Positions 15,001-26,834 of a stretch of 64,000 nucleotides of DNA are shown in pieces; the stretch's first letter is position 1; each line of letters starts with the position of its first letter. The stretch spans positions 1,364,001 to 1,428,000 of the forward strand of contig NW_026782366.1 of assembly GCF_031769215.1 (NCBI RefSeq). Reading direction: 5' to 3'. The stretch is from Ylistrum balloti. Lineage: Eukaryota. A program made the translations under genes and the position numbers. The notes under the pieces were generated by a model. The model was given only the letters and a program-made list of their open reading frames with translations, was not told the DNA's origin and made no database searches.

Positions 15001-18000
15001 GCATTCACATATATCTTTCATTGGATCTTTATTTATTTCACACACCTTCAAGAGCTCTCTCCATTTGCTGTTGCGTAGGGTTCGGATTATTTCTGAACAA
15101 TGTATACATTGTCATCACCATCCCCGGGGTACAGAATCCGCACTGAAGGCCATGAGACTCGACGAGACTTTCCTAAACATTTAAATATAGATAATTTACT
15201 TCTGTGTTTAATATATCAATATAAACAATTCTTGTACATTTAGATGTATTTTGTAAAAGATATACATATTTTTAGTAAATTGTCGCACAATAAAATAATA
15301 GGACGAGATATGTTCTGAACGGATAGGTGTCACACGGCAATTTCATATTTGACATGACTACTTCGTCTTGAATAAATTAGTCACAAATTCGAAAAGTTGC
15401 TGCAGGAAGGCCTTCTAAAAGCTTCAAAAGATATACCTGCATGTATGGTTTTGACGCCGATAGTAAGTAACCTACTTATCATATAATATTGATTTACAAC
15501 GGACTTACCTGCACGGGATGGAGACCGTTGCGCGTACTGCCAACACCTTCCACAGTGGTGACTGCCATTCCGTGGAGGTAACATAATGGAATCAGACAGG
15601 CATTCACTGAAATGTTTCTGTAAGCGCAGAGTATATCAAATCGTTATATATCTTATTGTAATGAACGTAAATTTTTCTCCATATCAAAAGTAATTCCTTC
15701 GTAATAGAGATACGTGTCTCTTCAATTAATGATTTCTTTACCTGATTTTCTTTGTAGTGATGTTTAAGTAAGAGACCATGACGGTACATGCCCCGCATGC
15801 CCCCTGTCCACATGCCAGTTTGGTACCTGTTAGATATACTGGTTCCACCATAAAGGATAAACAAGATTCTTTAAATAATATATACGTAAATCATAATACA
15901 GCATTTTAAGTGTATGAACGACCAATATATAACGCACTCTATAATAATAGTGATCATCCAGGTGTTTTCCGTTAAAGCTGGCGAATAAGTATTGACCTTG
16001 AGTGACTTCAATTCATATTTCGTGTTAATCAGCTGTGACGAACATGAATAATTGAGAAGGATGTGTGAACAAATTTCAGGAAGAAAAAGGATACGTGATC
16101 TACGCAGGTACTGTAAAAGTGTCAATTCCGGATCCGGTTCCAAGATTCGAACCTTAATAGAAAGAAATGTCGGTTATCATTATCACCAATGGACTTGATA
16201 TAATTTATGTAGAATCGATTCATGTTATATGTTTCCACTGGAAAGTCATTTCCAACTAGCTACAATGAACAACTGTAAGCATATGTTAATAATTTCCCAA
16301 TTCAGAGCAGATCAATAGGTTTTTTTCTATTAGCAAACGTTTTGTGATTATCTATGTTTTATGCATCAAAGGTCATACCTAACGTGATAATGTGTATTTG
16401 TTATTATCAGAGCAATTTTTTTTTTGTTCATCCAACATTTTAACTTCCAAGTTACCTACATGATCGACTTGACTGACTTATCCGTAACTTATATTCTGTT
16501 AGCTATAGCCATCCTTGTGGAAATCTTCAATAAAATAAATTCATATGTGTGTGGTTTTTTGGTTTTGGGTTTTTTTCCCTCGGTAAAGTACCGATTTTTT
16601 CATCATTTACATCCAGAATGACGGTTAACTCATTCATGTGACCGCAAAGATGTGTTACTGCATTTAATTTATACTCGTGATTTGAAATAAAGCATGTAGT
16701 GTGAATATCTACTGTCATATACATCGCTATATTTATCAGAATGATACGTTATCAGTAGATAATTTAATCAGAGACGACCATACTATGAATTGTCTGGTAA
16801 TGTGAGTAGGTGACTCTGCCATACATGATTTTTATATGTAATATTCAACGTATAAAGAGTTATTGGTATATATACTTAAATATGATAACAAGAAGCTATT
16901 AGCCCTCAAGGATATATCGAGTGGCTGCGACTTTACACCCCAGTTAGATACGAATAGAACGTAGTAAGGTAGAATCATCAGAAAATGATTTTTTACTAAT
17001 CAAGATAAAGTTTTAGAGCTGGAAGTGTTCAATACAAAGTCAGTTTTCCTAACACTGTACCTCTAGTAAGCTGTTTTTATGTATTTGTTCTTATGCATTT
17101 CTTCCCCGTTTTTTTTGTTTTTTCTTTTGTTTGTTTTTATAGTAATTAGGTAATGTTCATCAAATCACCTCTACTGACATTATCCTATCTATACGGTCAC
17201 CGTAGATGCTTTTAATTGTCATTATTTCACAGTTGTGGTATTTAGTGTCTCGGTTAAGGGAAACAAAAACAAAAAACCAAGATGAAACAAAACTTTTTTT
17301 AACGCTGAAACGGAACTGAAATTAAAGATATATGGATGAGGTACGAAATACGATTTAAATTTGAATTAATGATATTTGTAATGCATATCTGATATTCAAA
17401 GTTCTTATTGACAGTGAAGATTTATTACATAAAACGTTATAGATCACGTATAATGCTTTTCCCGGATGCAACCTAGATATACGACATGGCTGTCATTCTT
17501 TACGTTCCTTTGTGAGAATGTAGAGTTAAATAGCACAAGACGAAAAGTTGTACTTGCTTATCATATGGTAAAACTTAATAAACACAATCGGTCATCTGAC
17601 AATCGATGGATGGAAGGACAAACTTGAGAATTTGTAGATGGTGGTCTGACAAATCTAATGAACCCCCAGAATAATAATTCTGACCACATTTGGTATAAAT
17701 CCATTCATGCATTATCATTGACTAACTTTCCAATTTAGGGCCCCATCCCCAGATTCCTAGGGGTTGAATCAATTTTCTGAATTTTTGGAAATGTTAAGCC
17801 ACCCACAAGGACGTTTCGGACTAAGTTGGGTTGAAATGCATTCAGTCATTCAGGAAGAGTAGCGCTTTGAAGCAAAATATTTAAGGCCCCGTTCCCAAGT
17901 CCTTACAGGTCGATTCAATTTTCCGAATCAATGAAATGATAACTCATTTGCAACAATATTTCAGATCAAATTTTGTTGAAATCTACACATGCATTAAGAA

Positions 18001-19347
18001 GAAGTGGCGTTTTCAAGCATTAAGGAAGAGTTCCCCTTTTAAAGTCCTGGCACTATTGAGTCCCTTGGGGTCAAATCAACGTCATGAATTCAAGAAATGA
18101 TTCCCTATCCACAATGATATTTCATACCATATTTGGTTTAAATCCATTCAAGCTTAAAGGAAGAATAGCGTTTTGAAGCAAAATATTGACTAACGTCCCC
18201 ATTTGGGGCCCCGCCTCCAGTTTCCTTTGGTAGAATCAACTTTCTGAATTTAGGAAATGATAACCCGCCTGTACCAACATTCCGGATCAAATTTGGTTGA
18301 AATATATCCAGGCATTAAGGAGAAGCAGCGTTTTTGAAGAAAAATATTGACTAACTTCTCCTTTGTGCCCCGTTCCCAAGTCCCTAGGAGCCGAATCATC
18401 ATTCTGAATTATAAAAAATGATTATCCATCCTCAATGATGACTAAGACCACATTTGGTTAAAATTTGCCCGGCGTTTAGAAGGAGTAGTGTTTAGGAATA
18501 GTTTACTGAAGGCGAACGGCTCATGTATTGTTATGCACTATAACTTAGCTTTCAAATTCCTTGTCCTGTTTAACATCAGTCTATGGCTAATAAGGTACAT
18601 ATAGGTATATATGATAATGCATAGTGTGACCGAGGTCACATTTTGGAGTGCTGATAGAAACATTAAAATGCTTGAAAAGTCCATGTTTATGCATCAAGTC
18701 TACCAAATAAGTATGTCCCTTTGACATGGACATGCCACGAGAGAGTGCTTGATTTAAGCCCTGTATTAACAACATTGATCCAAATGAACATGCTGTAAAA
18801 ATAGACTCTTGTGTTTTTTTTTACCATATCATCTACAATTCAAATCATTTAGGGTAGTTGCGTATGTACCTGACTACATGTATATATCCATAGGTATTGA
18901 TCTGGAACATGGCAATTGATATCAGAATTTTTGCATTGTAAGCTTTAAAATTGAATGTACCGTGTCCTCCATGATATTAAATGTGATATATTAGTGTTGT
19001 TATCTTTTATGACGTCGGGGACAAAACAACTGTGTACATGACTATTTTGTGGAATATAATGGTCTTGATATGAAGGCTAAAGTTTTTTGTGTTGATTTTC
19101 TTCCAGTCGATTAAGATGCAGATTTTGTTTCCAGTATATAACCAGATATATCAGAACGTTAATTTGCCCATATTGATAGACGATGAAATGAGCACGCTAA
19201 TATTATTAATTAATAGATTTTACACTCTGACATGTCAAGCAAACAATGAGAAACAATTGTATAAAAATCAAACTATGAAATAGTAAGAGCGTGTGTAAAT
19301 ACCTTTTTGCCGTTAACGAAGAACACAAGTAAATCTGTAGAATCCAT
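1..19347 (-). CDS. Xanthine dehydrogenase/aldehyde oxidase family molybdo-flavoenzyme (XDH-like gene, AOX-type residues); 3' end lies outside the window
   Basis: 32 exons with GT-AG borders and matching phases: 19347-19303, 16152-16095, 15838-15742, 15617-15509, 15172-15046, 14898-14837, 14350-14219, 12788-12647, 12188-12033, 11701-11631, 11507-11408, 11259-11156, 10709-10525, 10443-10296, 10196-10019, 9856-9678, 8904-8785, 8465-8244, 7613-7550, 7354-7285, 7026-6939, 6730-6644, 5700-5509, 4978-4833, 4228-4147, 3189-3094, 2783-2655, 1549-1475, 1182-1130, 997-883, 389-303, 69-<1 (1196 codons in window). Family motifs: [45 protein letters not shown] (two 2Fe-2S centres); IGAGVT and TLGGH (FAD domain); [58 protein letters not shown] (Moco domain). 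Confidence 0.96.
1741..2425. repeat. Minisatellite, ~38-bp unit, in XDH/AOX intron
   Basis: Tandem copies of atagtgccagtgtag(a/t)g(a/t)ttttagcgtctg(a/g)(t/c)gcctat. Core copies at 2100-2400 are nearly identical and the left copies are degenerate. Confidence 0.95.
3500..3665 (+). mobile_element. Probable 3' tail of a LINE/SINE
   Basis: Small stem-loop tgaccctcctctgtgaggtca, then aataaa and an A-rich tail (tcaataaaacgtttgaaaaaaa). Same layout as the 3' end of the LINE at 31179-31230. Confidence 0.4.
5060..5300 (-). mobile_element. SINE copy with a conserved central domain (Meta-like, from recall)
   Basis: Minus strand reads ...gttgtgcttaggcaaaacactataccctaattgctc..., resembling the gtgtccttgggcaagacactttaccctaattgctc SINE core. 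A related copy lies at 44772-45030. Confidence 0.5.
17600..18560. mobile_element. HINE-like non-autonomous element with ~6 degenerate ~140-165-bp internal repeats
   Basis: Recurring unit catttggtt(g/t)aaat...aaggaagaag(t/c)agcgttttgaag...ggcccc...gaatcaa at about 17690, 17825, 17970, 18130, 18293 and 18452. Lies in XDH/AOX intron 1. Confidence 0.7.
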
Positions 19348-22300
19348 GGTGGTTGACTTGTGTGATCTGAATCCAGTTGTTTTATCGGTAGCCTTTCTAT
19401 GTGGTTTAATGTCAACAACTATGCCACCAAAGTAAACACGCCTTGTAATCAGTGTACCATGTGACACTGAGTTTACTTAACAATAAAATGAGTGAGTCAA
19501 TTTTCTCTGATCTAAAAATTATATATATTGATATAGGTAAAAGTAGTTAATGCATCCGAAATTCAGAATATATTTACATACCGGCGTAGCTTTAAAATGT
19601 GACATTCAACCAGTCTAAACTTCGCTAGCTATCTTAGTGATACACATCAGGAAACATTAACATCCCTTTGTTAGATCGGATATCTACTACACATATTTCT
19701 GATAGCTGACACCTCAAAAACTGCATGCGACTATGTTACTAGTAATCCGAGGGAACATAGATTTTTCCTGTAGATTTACCTGTGGATAAGAATCGAATGT
19801 AAAATGATTCATGCTACTTTAGCTGTACAGTAATTATATTTTCACTCATCAGATTGCACACCTGAGTGAAGGGAACGCAAGCTTATAGAATTAGAGAGAA
19901 AAAAACGCAGCGACAACAATGAATGTTATTTTGTCATACAATATTGAAATACACACGATGATGCGACCATTGCGTCACTGTCTAAGATTAACAAAATGGC
20001 GACACACAGTTTGGCGGCAAATTACTAAGCATTATTCCCTTTTAACATATCCTATAATACCTTAAAACGAATGATATTGTGGATTGATATCATGATACGT
20101 TTGCTATCCGTTTACTAGCTGGATTGCTAAAATAAACTGTGCAGATGTCGCTTATCTCCGATCTCAGTTGTCTTTGATGTTTGATGAATGTCACGTTTAG
20201 GAATCTCCTAATTTATGTATATCATTATAGCAATTCTGTAAGCATCCACAATCACGGTGGCAATTAGCAAACTAAATGTTTTGTGTCGTACAATGTTCTC
20301 AACATTATTATATCTACTTCACATTGATCCTATTTTAGCAGGAAAATGTCTGTGTATAGTGGTTTTTAAAACAATGATCCCTGGATAACTAGCATCCGGA
20401 GACAGGATAACCAAATCAAAACATTCTTTTCCAACAAATAGCAAATCGCAATAAATATATTGGTTACTTTCTAAATTATTTCCTGATATGAAATCAATGC
20501 TCTATGTTATCAATTCCAAAGTATACAGAAATAAAATTAATATTCAGATTGCCGGTCTAAAACCATCATCAAGGAACAGCTTTTTGTTTCAGTACTTCTG
20601 ATATAATAGCAACAGGACCAACAGCTTGATTTTTATAGTACATGAATTTTTCATGCTTCATTTGTATATACAGATTTCACCGTTTATTCCGTTGTTATTC
20701 AGTCAAACAAACATTCAAAAGCTTGAAAAGATAGACATAACGATAATATACGTTGTGCGTATATCATCCGAACACATGCACGTTTCAGTACCTATCTAGG
20801 GCACAATTGTGCGATACGGTGCACATTTTGCACGGGCTTGATTATTATCGCTATTTCTGAACGAGAATTTTCAAACCTCACGCAATTAAGACAAAACAGA
20901 GAAAATAATAAAAAGAAGGCAAAGGCCCAACAAGAGCAAAAAAGACCGAACAATAGTGGGCGCCAAGATTCCTTTGGGATATCCTGTTCAGCAATACAAT
21001 GTATAAGACGACACACATACCGCGGTTCACTTCATAGTTAATAAAGTATCTTGACCCCGTTCTGTAACATTATACTTTACAATACATGTCCCACTGGTGT
21101 ATGTAAATGAAATGGGTATTCTGACAACCTAAGAGTATTTTGTTTCATGCTTTTATACATGTACCTAACTCGGGAACATTTTCTCACAATCATGTATTTA
21201 GGTCATTTGTGCCTTTATTCGTTTTGTCAGGTTTAAAAAGTACTTGTTGGCAAGATGACACAAAATATGTAAGTTGGCAAGGTGACACAATATATGTACG
21301 AATTTTTTGACATTGTCAGTCTGTTTTCGGCCATCGTGAAGAATAAACAACAGTACCTTATATTCAAAGGTAGACGGTTAGAAGTACAAATAAATCACTT
21401 TTCTATATATTTTCACAAGATTAGCTAAATATACATTAGGGAATATAGTGTTCTTGATTATATTTAGATAAACATGTCACATGATAGATAAGATACTTTA
21501 ATATTCCGGTTCGTTCTTGTCAAGAAGCAATTACTAAACTCGGTGTTACATAGCGGTTGAAATAACATTTGTCTAAACCTTCGAGTCATATCAAATCATT
21601 GAACTGATTTATACATTATTATGATACGCCCCTGATTAGATTCAATATTGTCGTAATTAAAGTGATGACGCGATGTACATAGCGCTGATCACAATGGCAT
21701 ATTTCATTGTGAAAATAACTTGCAATTAATATTACACAAAAAAGGTTGTTCGTCTCCGTTACACGTCCTTTTGTACTCGTTGCCTTACCGACGAATGGCA
21801 TTGTTCTGCTTGCGAGGATGCAGCATAAACTAGTACTAGTTGGTAGGCAGTTGACTAAGGGAATTCAGCATAATGTGTAATGCACGTTTCGTAGTATCAT
21901 TGTTTTAATCAATTTTCAGAACTGTTTTCAGAGTGGCGACGTATACTTTTAATGAATAAACAGCTCACATTCCTCTGTTCAGTTTAAATTGACGATGCTG
22001 AGGTGAATTTTTATATCATTATATGCTGATATTTATATCTCGTAGATTAATACTTGGCCAAACATTATCTATCCAATTTATCTTGTAAGATGTTCTATTG
22101 GTGAATTATGTGATGTTTGACAAATATCATAAGTAAAGCACGTGATAACCCGTTGTTACAACCCAAAGCTACCTGTGGTTTACCTGTACAGCTGTAGCTA
22201 CACCTTACCTGCCAGTACTATCTGGTTTTTTTTATTATTTATTCAAGCGAATACATAAAAGCAAAACAAAAAATATCGAGTTGGGTGAAATTTTTATTCA

Positions 22301-22400
22301 ACACGTTAAGCTGAATGTGTATTAATCTTGCTTCGGATGCGGATGATTTTGCGTCACTTTTGCTTTACCTTATTTATGCATAAGTTTTGCAGAAATCATT

Positions 22401-23573
22401 GTGGCAGATTATGAGCCCCATCTAAGACTTGTTCGGTAAATTTTAAATGATAAACTTTGAACTAAATAACAAATGTCGTTTACTATAATAAACGGCCAGA
22501 TTCAATTCACATCTTGTGTTCTAGTTGTTATTTCTATGACGGTCTTACTAGCTTGCCATAGTGGAGGTCCGGTATAAATGCAAATTAAAACAAGTTTTAA
22601 TGTTATTTATACAGGCTGATTGTGTTTATATGTAAGGATTCTATTATTAGCGGAAGGAGGTAATTTGGGGTTGGAGCAAGGTGGTCCAACTGTCGCCCGC
22701 GCGCTATTTTAAGACCGCTATAAATACAAATGACGCAGCATTTTCTATTCAGAAGCTGACAGCAGAATATGGCGGAACAAGGTTCGTACGGTCAAGGCCA
22801 GTTTATTTAATTTATATTAGTCTATTTATATCATTGGAAAACTAAAACATTTTCATACAACTTTAGCCCACCACCATCCCCTACTTTCCTCCGTTCCTTT
22901 TTTGAGTTTTTATCTCTTGTTTATTGTTCTTTCAAGGCCTGTTATATTTGTTCCAAACTTGGCTGATGAGATCTTTTCATTAGTTTCAATCTTACATCAA
23001 ATATGTATAGGAAGTATCCTTCATAAAATTGTTCCAAGCGTTTTATGCTTATGTACATGACTCGTCATATCCACTCTGTTAAGTTTGTGTAATTTCATAA
23101 AGTCATTACCTAAGTTGTTGATTAGGTTACTCAGAGATGTATATATATATATATACGTCTCTTGGTTACGGAACTTGTACCATCCAATAATTCACAATTG
23201 ATGGTAATTTTCTTACCCTGGAGTATTGCATCCAGGTATGTCATGTACTTGTTATATGCTGTAAAATTTTCCTTCTTTAAATTTCATATCTGATAAATTT
23301 GTACGATGTTTGTTTTTCTTAACTTGAGCTGTACTGTCTTATGTTTATGTATGATGTCAAATTTTCCTTCTATGATTGGGTATATTTATGTATGATGTGG
23401 TGGCAGATTATGAGCCCCATCTAAGACTTGTTCGGTAAATTTTAAATGATAACTTTGAACTAAATAACAAATGTCGTTTACTATAATAAACGGCCAGATT
23501 CAATTCACATCTTGTGTTATAGTTGTTATTTCTATGACGGTCTTACTAGCTTGCCATGGTGGAGGTCCGGTAT
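22401..23573 (+). repeat. Near-identical ~175-bp direct repeats (22401-22575 and 23400-23573) flanking 824 bp
   Basis: Both copies run gtggcagattatgagccccatctaagac...tggaggtccggtat and differ at only three positions I can see (one indel, two substitutions). Confidence 0.95.
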
Positions 23574-26150
23574 TATCTTATATTCCTTTTTCAAGTAAAA
23601 TGAATATATCATCTTTGTTTACGGTCAGAATTGAGTGTAAGCGTCTTCCATCATCTAGTTTTTTTATGTAAACTAGTAAAATATTTCGGTGATTACTTTT
23701 AAAAACGCTCATCCATATCCCTCACAAACTGCCTACTTCCCTTATTCTTATAAACTGGTACGTGTCCTAGATACAGTGACATATTCATTGACCCGGAATC
23801 TTTATCACAGCATATCTGTACGTATATCAAACATTTTGGACACTGAAAAGGTGGATATGGCAGTTGAAATATGTCTCATTGAAATCTTCTGTCTCACGAG
23901 ACATCAACAAAATACAATACCATGTTTAATAGTTTTGCTGCCTTTCAGTAAAGAGCACCAGTTATTGTATTGTGATAATCGGCATGCAGTTGATCAAATC
24001 AGGGTCCAGACGTTAAACAATCTCTTCATAAACACGAACAAAATACAATATAAGGCTATATTGTTTTAATTGTGAGACAAAATTACTTGTTATCTCATTA
24101 TATATTTTTATATACGTAATAGGTAACATTACAATAACTATATTGAACAATGACTTACCCCAGTACTATTCTTGTCCGCCCTTGTATCTGATCACAGACT
24201 TAGATCTCTCCGTCGCCTTATAATGAAAACAAATTAATATCAAAGCTACGTTGAATTCATCTAATGTGAGACATAAACGTGTAGTCCAACATATCCCCTA
24301 TGCTTCTGACGCCATTATGAAATGATACTCTGTAAAAAGTACATTTCTTTTTAATGTTATTGTTATATCAAATGGGAAGACTAAAGTACAAAAAGTTCAT
24401 CTTGTCTGTTGAGATATATTTGTTCAGTTTATTGTATGTGTTAAACACATCAATCAAGAATAAATTGTGATATATTATTCAAATATATATATTCAAAGTA
24501 CAAAAAGTTGTTTTCTTGAGATATATTTGTTCAGTTTATTGTATGTGTTAAACGGATCAATCAAGAATAAATTGTGATATATTATTCAAAGGGTTGTTTT
24601 CTTAACCTAAGCTAACTACACTTGACATGGTCTCTTATCCATGAAGTAGATTATTATATAACGCTACCCAAATATATTCTTTATTTTCAATTAACCTCAT
24701 TAACCATGTGCATTTAAGTACAAGTATAAATGTAGGCATATTAATAATCTTTAAGCCATTATTTATGTAATGATTGATTAGTATGGTACTTTTATTTTGA
24801 TACCTCTTGCCTCCACATTTTAACTTAAAGTTAGAGATTTTACCTATTCCGGGATTGGTAGGGCCATCAAACAATGGTTCAATAGAGTAACCTTCCTATA
24901 ACAGTTAGCATTTCACTGTCCCTAATATTTAATTAATTGACCAATGCTTGCTTCTGGTAGATTATTCTTTCTATTGTGTCAATATCGACACTAAGTCGAC
25001 ACCTGGCTACAAATCATGAACGCCATCTAACATGATGGTATACCTCAACACTGAGTGTTTTCATCCTATCCATACACTTTAGTTTTAGAGTCGCATACCA
25101 GAGTCGTTTATTCTCACCTCTGATAACTTACCACATCGCTCTAGGATGTTTAAAGCTGCATAAAAAGATCTACGTGAAACATCCAATATTAGAGCAGTAT
25201 TATCTACATATTGCGACACTACGAATTACTTAATCCTTATAATGCGTTTTACAGCTTTTGGTGTTTTTAACATTATAGCTACGACAGCCTCTATGTACAG
25301 GGAATTTTTCAGATACTATTTGGTTGAACTGTATAATATATTCGTTTTTACAAGATTCCACATTCTATTTGTACATAAATGACCATGTCACGCCTTCTCA
25401 AAGTCGATAAGCATCAGTATACCAGGAATATTTTCTATCTCAACATAGTATACGAGAACGTATATTAACTGAATATTTTCACCAATATACATACCATTTA
25501 TAAAACCTGTTTGCGCAGGAGATATCATCTCAGTCAAAGCAGACTTTATTCTTTGTGGTATAGACCAGGCTATCATTCTACATCTTATGGTTTATAGAGC
25601 AATGGAACGCCAGTTTTTCTGGTACAACCTAGACTTCTCATCCTTAGGCAGACATGGTATGATACCTGGCCGTTAACTGTTAGGCCGTTTTTCCTGCTCA
25701 TCCGCTCCTGGGGATTCATTATTCTTTATATTTTCCAACACAAAGAAGACCCGCTATTTAATTTATTTTCCTGTCTAGGGATTGTTTTAATCCTCGCTGA
25801 ATCTGTCAACGTTATAATGACATAGTAAGTGATCTACATTTACGTTTTCTTTATCGACCCCTTCACTATCACATAATCAACCTTTTTACTTTTTTATTGG
25901 CTAGCGTAGAACTCTTTTGTTTCTGCTAAAATTTACCATTACCAATACTATTCCAATACCATTTTACCACCCTCTGTTTTTGTATAATTGTATTTGTATA
26001 TTTACGAGATTCCAAATTGCAAAATAATTAGCAGTCCTTTCATCCCCATCTATCGATACTGCTTTTGATTTAATCATGTGTTCAACGATTGTTTTCTTTT
26101 TTATCGTTTTGCAAATATGTTTTCTTGCTTCCAAGAGCTATACATTACAT
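22900..26150 (-). mobile_element. Decayed Tx1/L1-clade non-LTR retrotransposon ORF2
   Basis: Colinear minus-strand peptides: IKSKAVSIDGDERTANYF, ILAETKEFY, NNESPGAD, GIIPCLPKDEKSRLYQKNWR, QTGFINGMYIGENIQLIYVLVYYVEIENIPGILMLIDFEKA, NGLKIINMPTFILVLKCTWLMRL, EKGI, IL*RILP. Many stops, frameshifts and deletions. Confidence 0.85.
24383..24590. repeat. ~100-bp tandem duplication
   Basis: aaagtacaaaaagtt...gagatatatttgttcagtttattgtatgtgttaaac...atcaatcaagaataaattgtgatatattattcaaa occurs twice in succession. Confidence 0.9.
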
Positions 26151-26834
26151 TAAAATTTGGTTGTCTAGAGTACTAGGCTACACGAACTTATTAAGAGGTA
26201 AAATAATATCATAATATCAATTACATACAGCAACTACTAAAGATGTACCACAGACTCAATCAACACATGCCCCTTTACCTGCGGTAACCTTAGTCGCCAC
26301 CAATTTATTTATTTCCAATAGGGTCCAGTGACGACACAAACATGTAAAAAGAAGGACATCACGGTTGAGGTTAAAAAGGGCATTTCATAAAAAAAATACC
26401 TTAAACAACTGACCATACTGTCACAGATCAATTACAGTATTTACATATAGAAATAAAGGGCGTGAAATGATTGAGATTATATCACAAAGGCAAAAGTCAT
26501 GTTTTCTAAGAGTTCAATACAGTCATAGCACCAAGGTCTGCTGACTCATGCCACCGCATCATTGAGTAAACAAAATATGTATTAATAAGCAATAGCAGAA
26601 AATGGATTTTCATTTTAAAAACCATATTTTGCCTTGGACAGAGAGTGAAGTTTACTTTCTTCTTTAAACAAAGATATGTTTTTTTTTAAACATTTAATTT
26701 GTCGAGCAGAGAATAGCCGAATTGCCAGTTCTCAATGCTATAAGCGGCATTCCTCAAGCGCCTAAGCGATGACCGGACAAGAAACGAAGTTGTCAGAAGC
26801 CCAGGTTATGAAAATTTAGAGTAGCCAACTCGTC

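Noticed and set aside
22401-23573. TRIM/LTR retrotransposon call
   Set aside because: No TG..CA termini, primer-binding site, polypurine tract or target-site duplication is visible.
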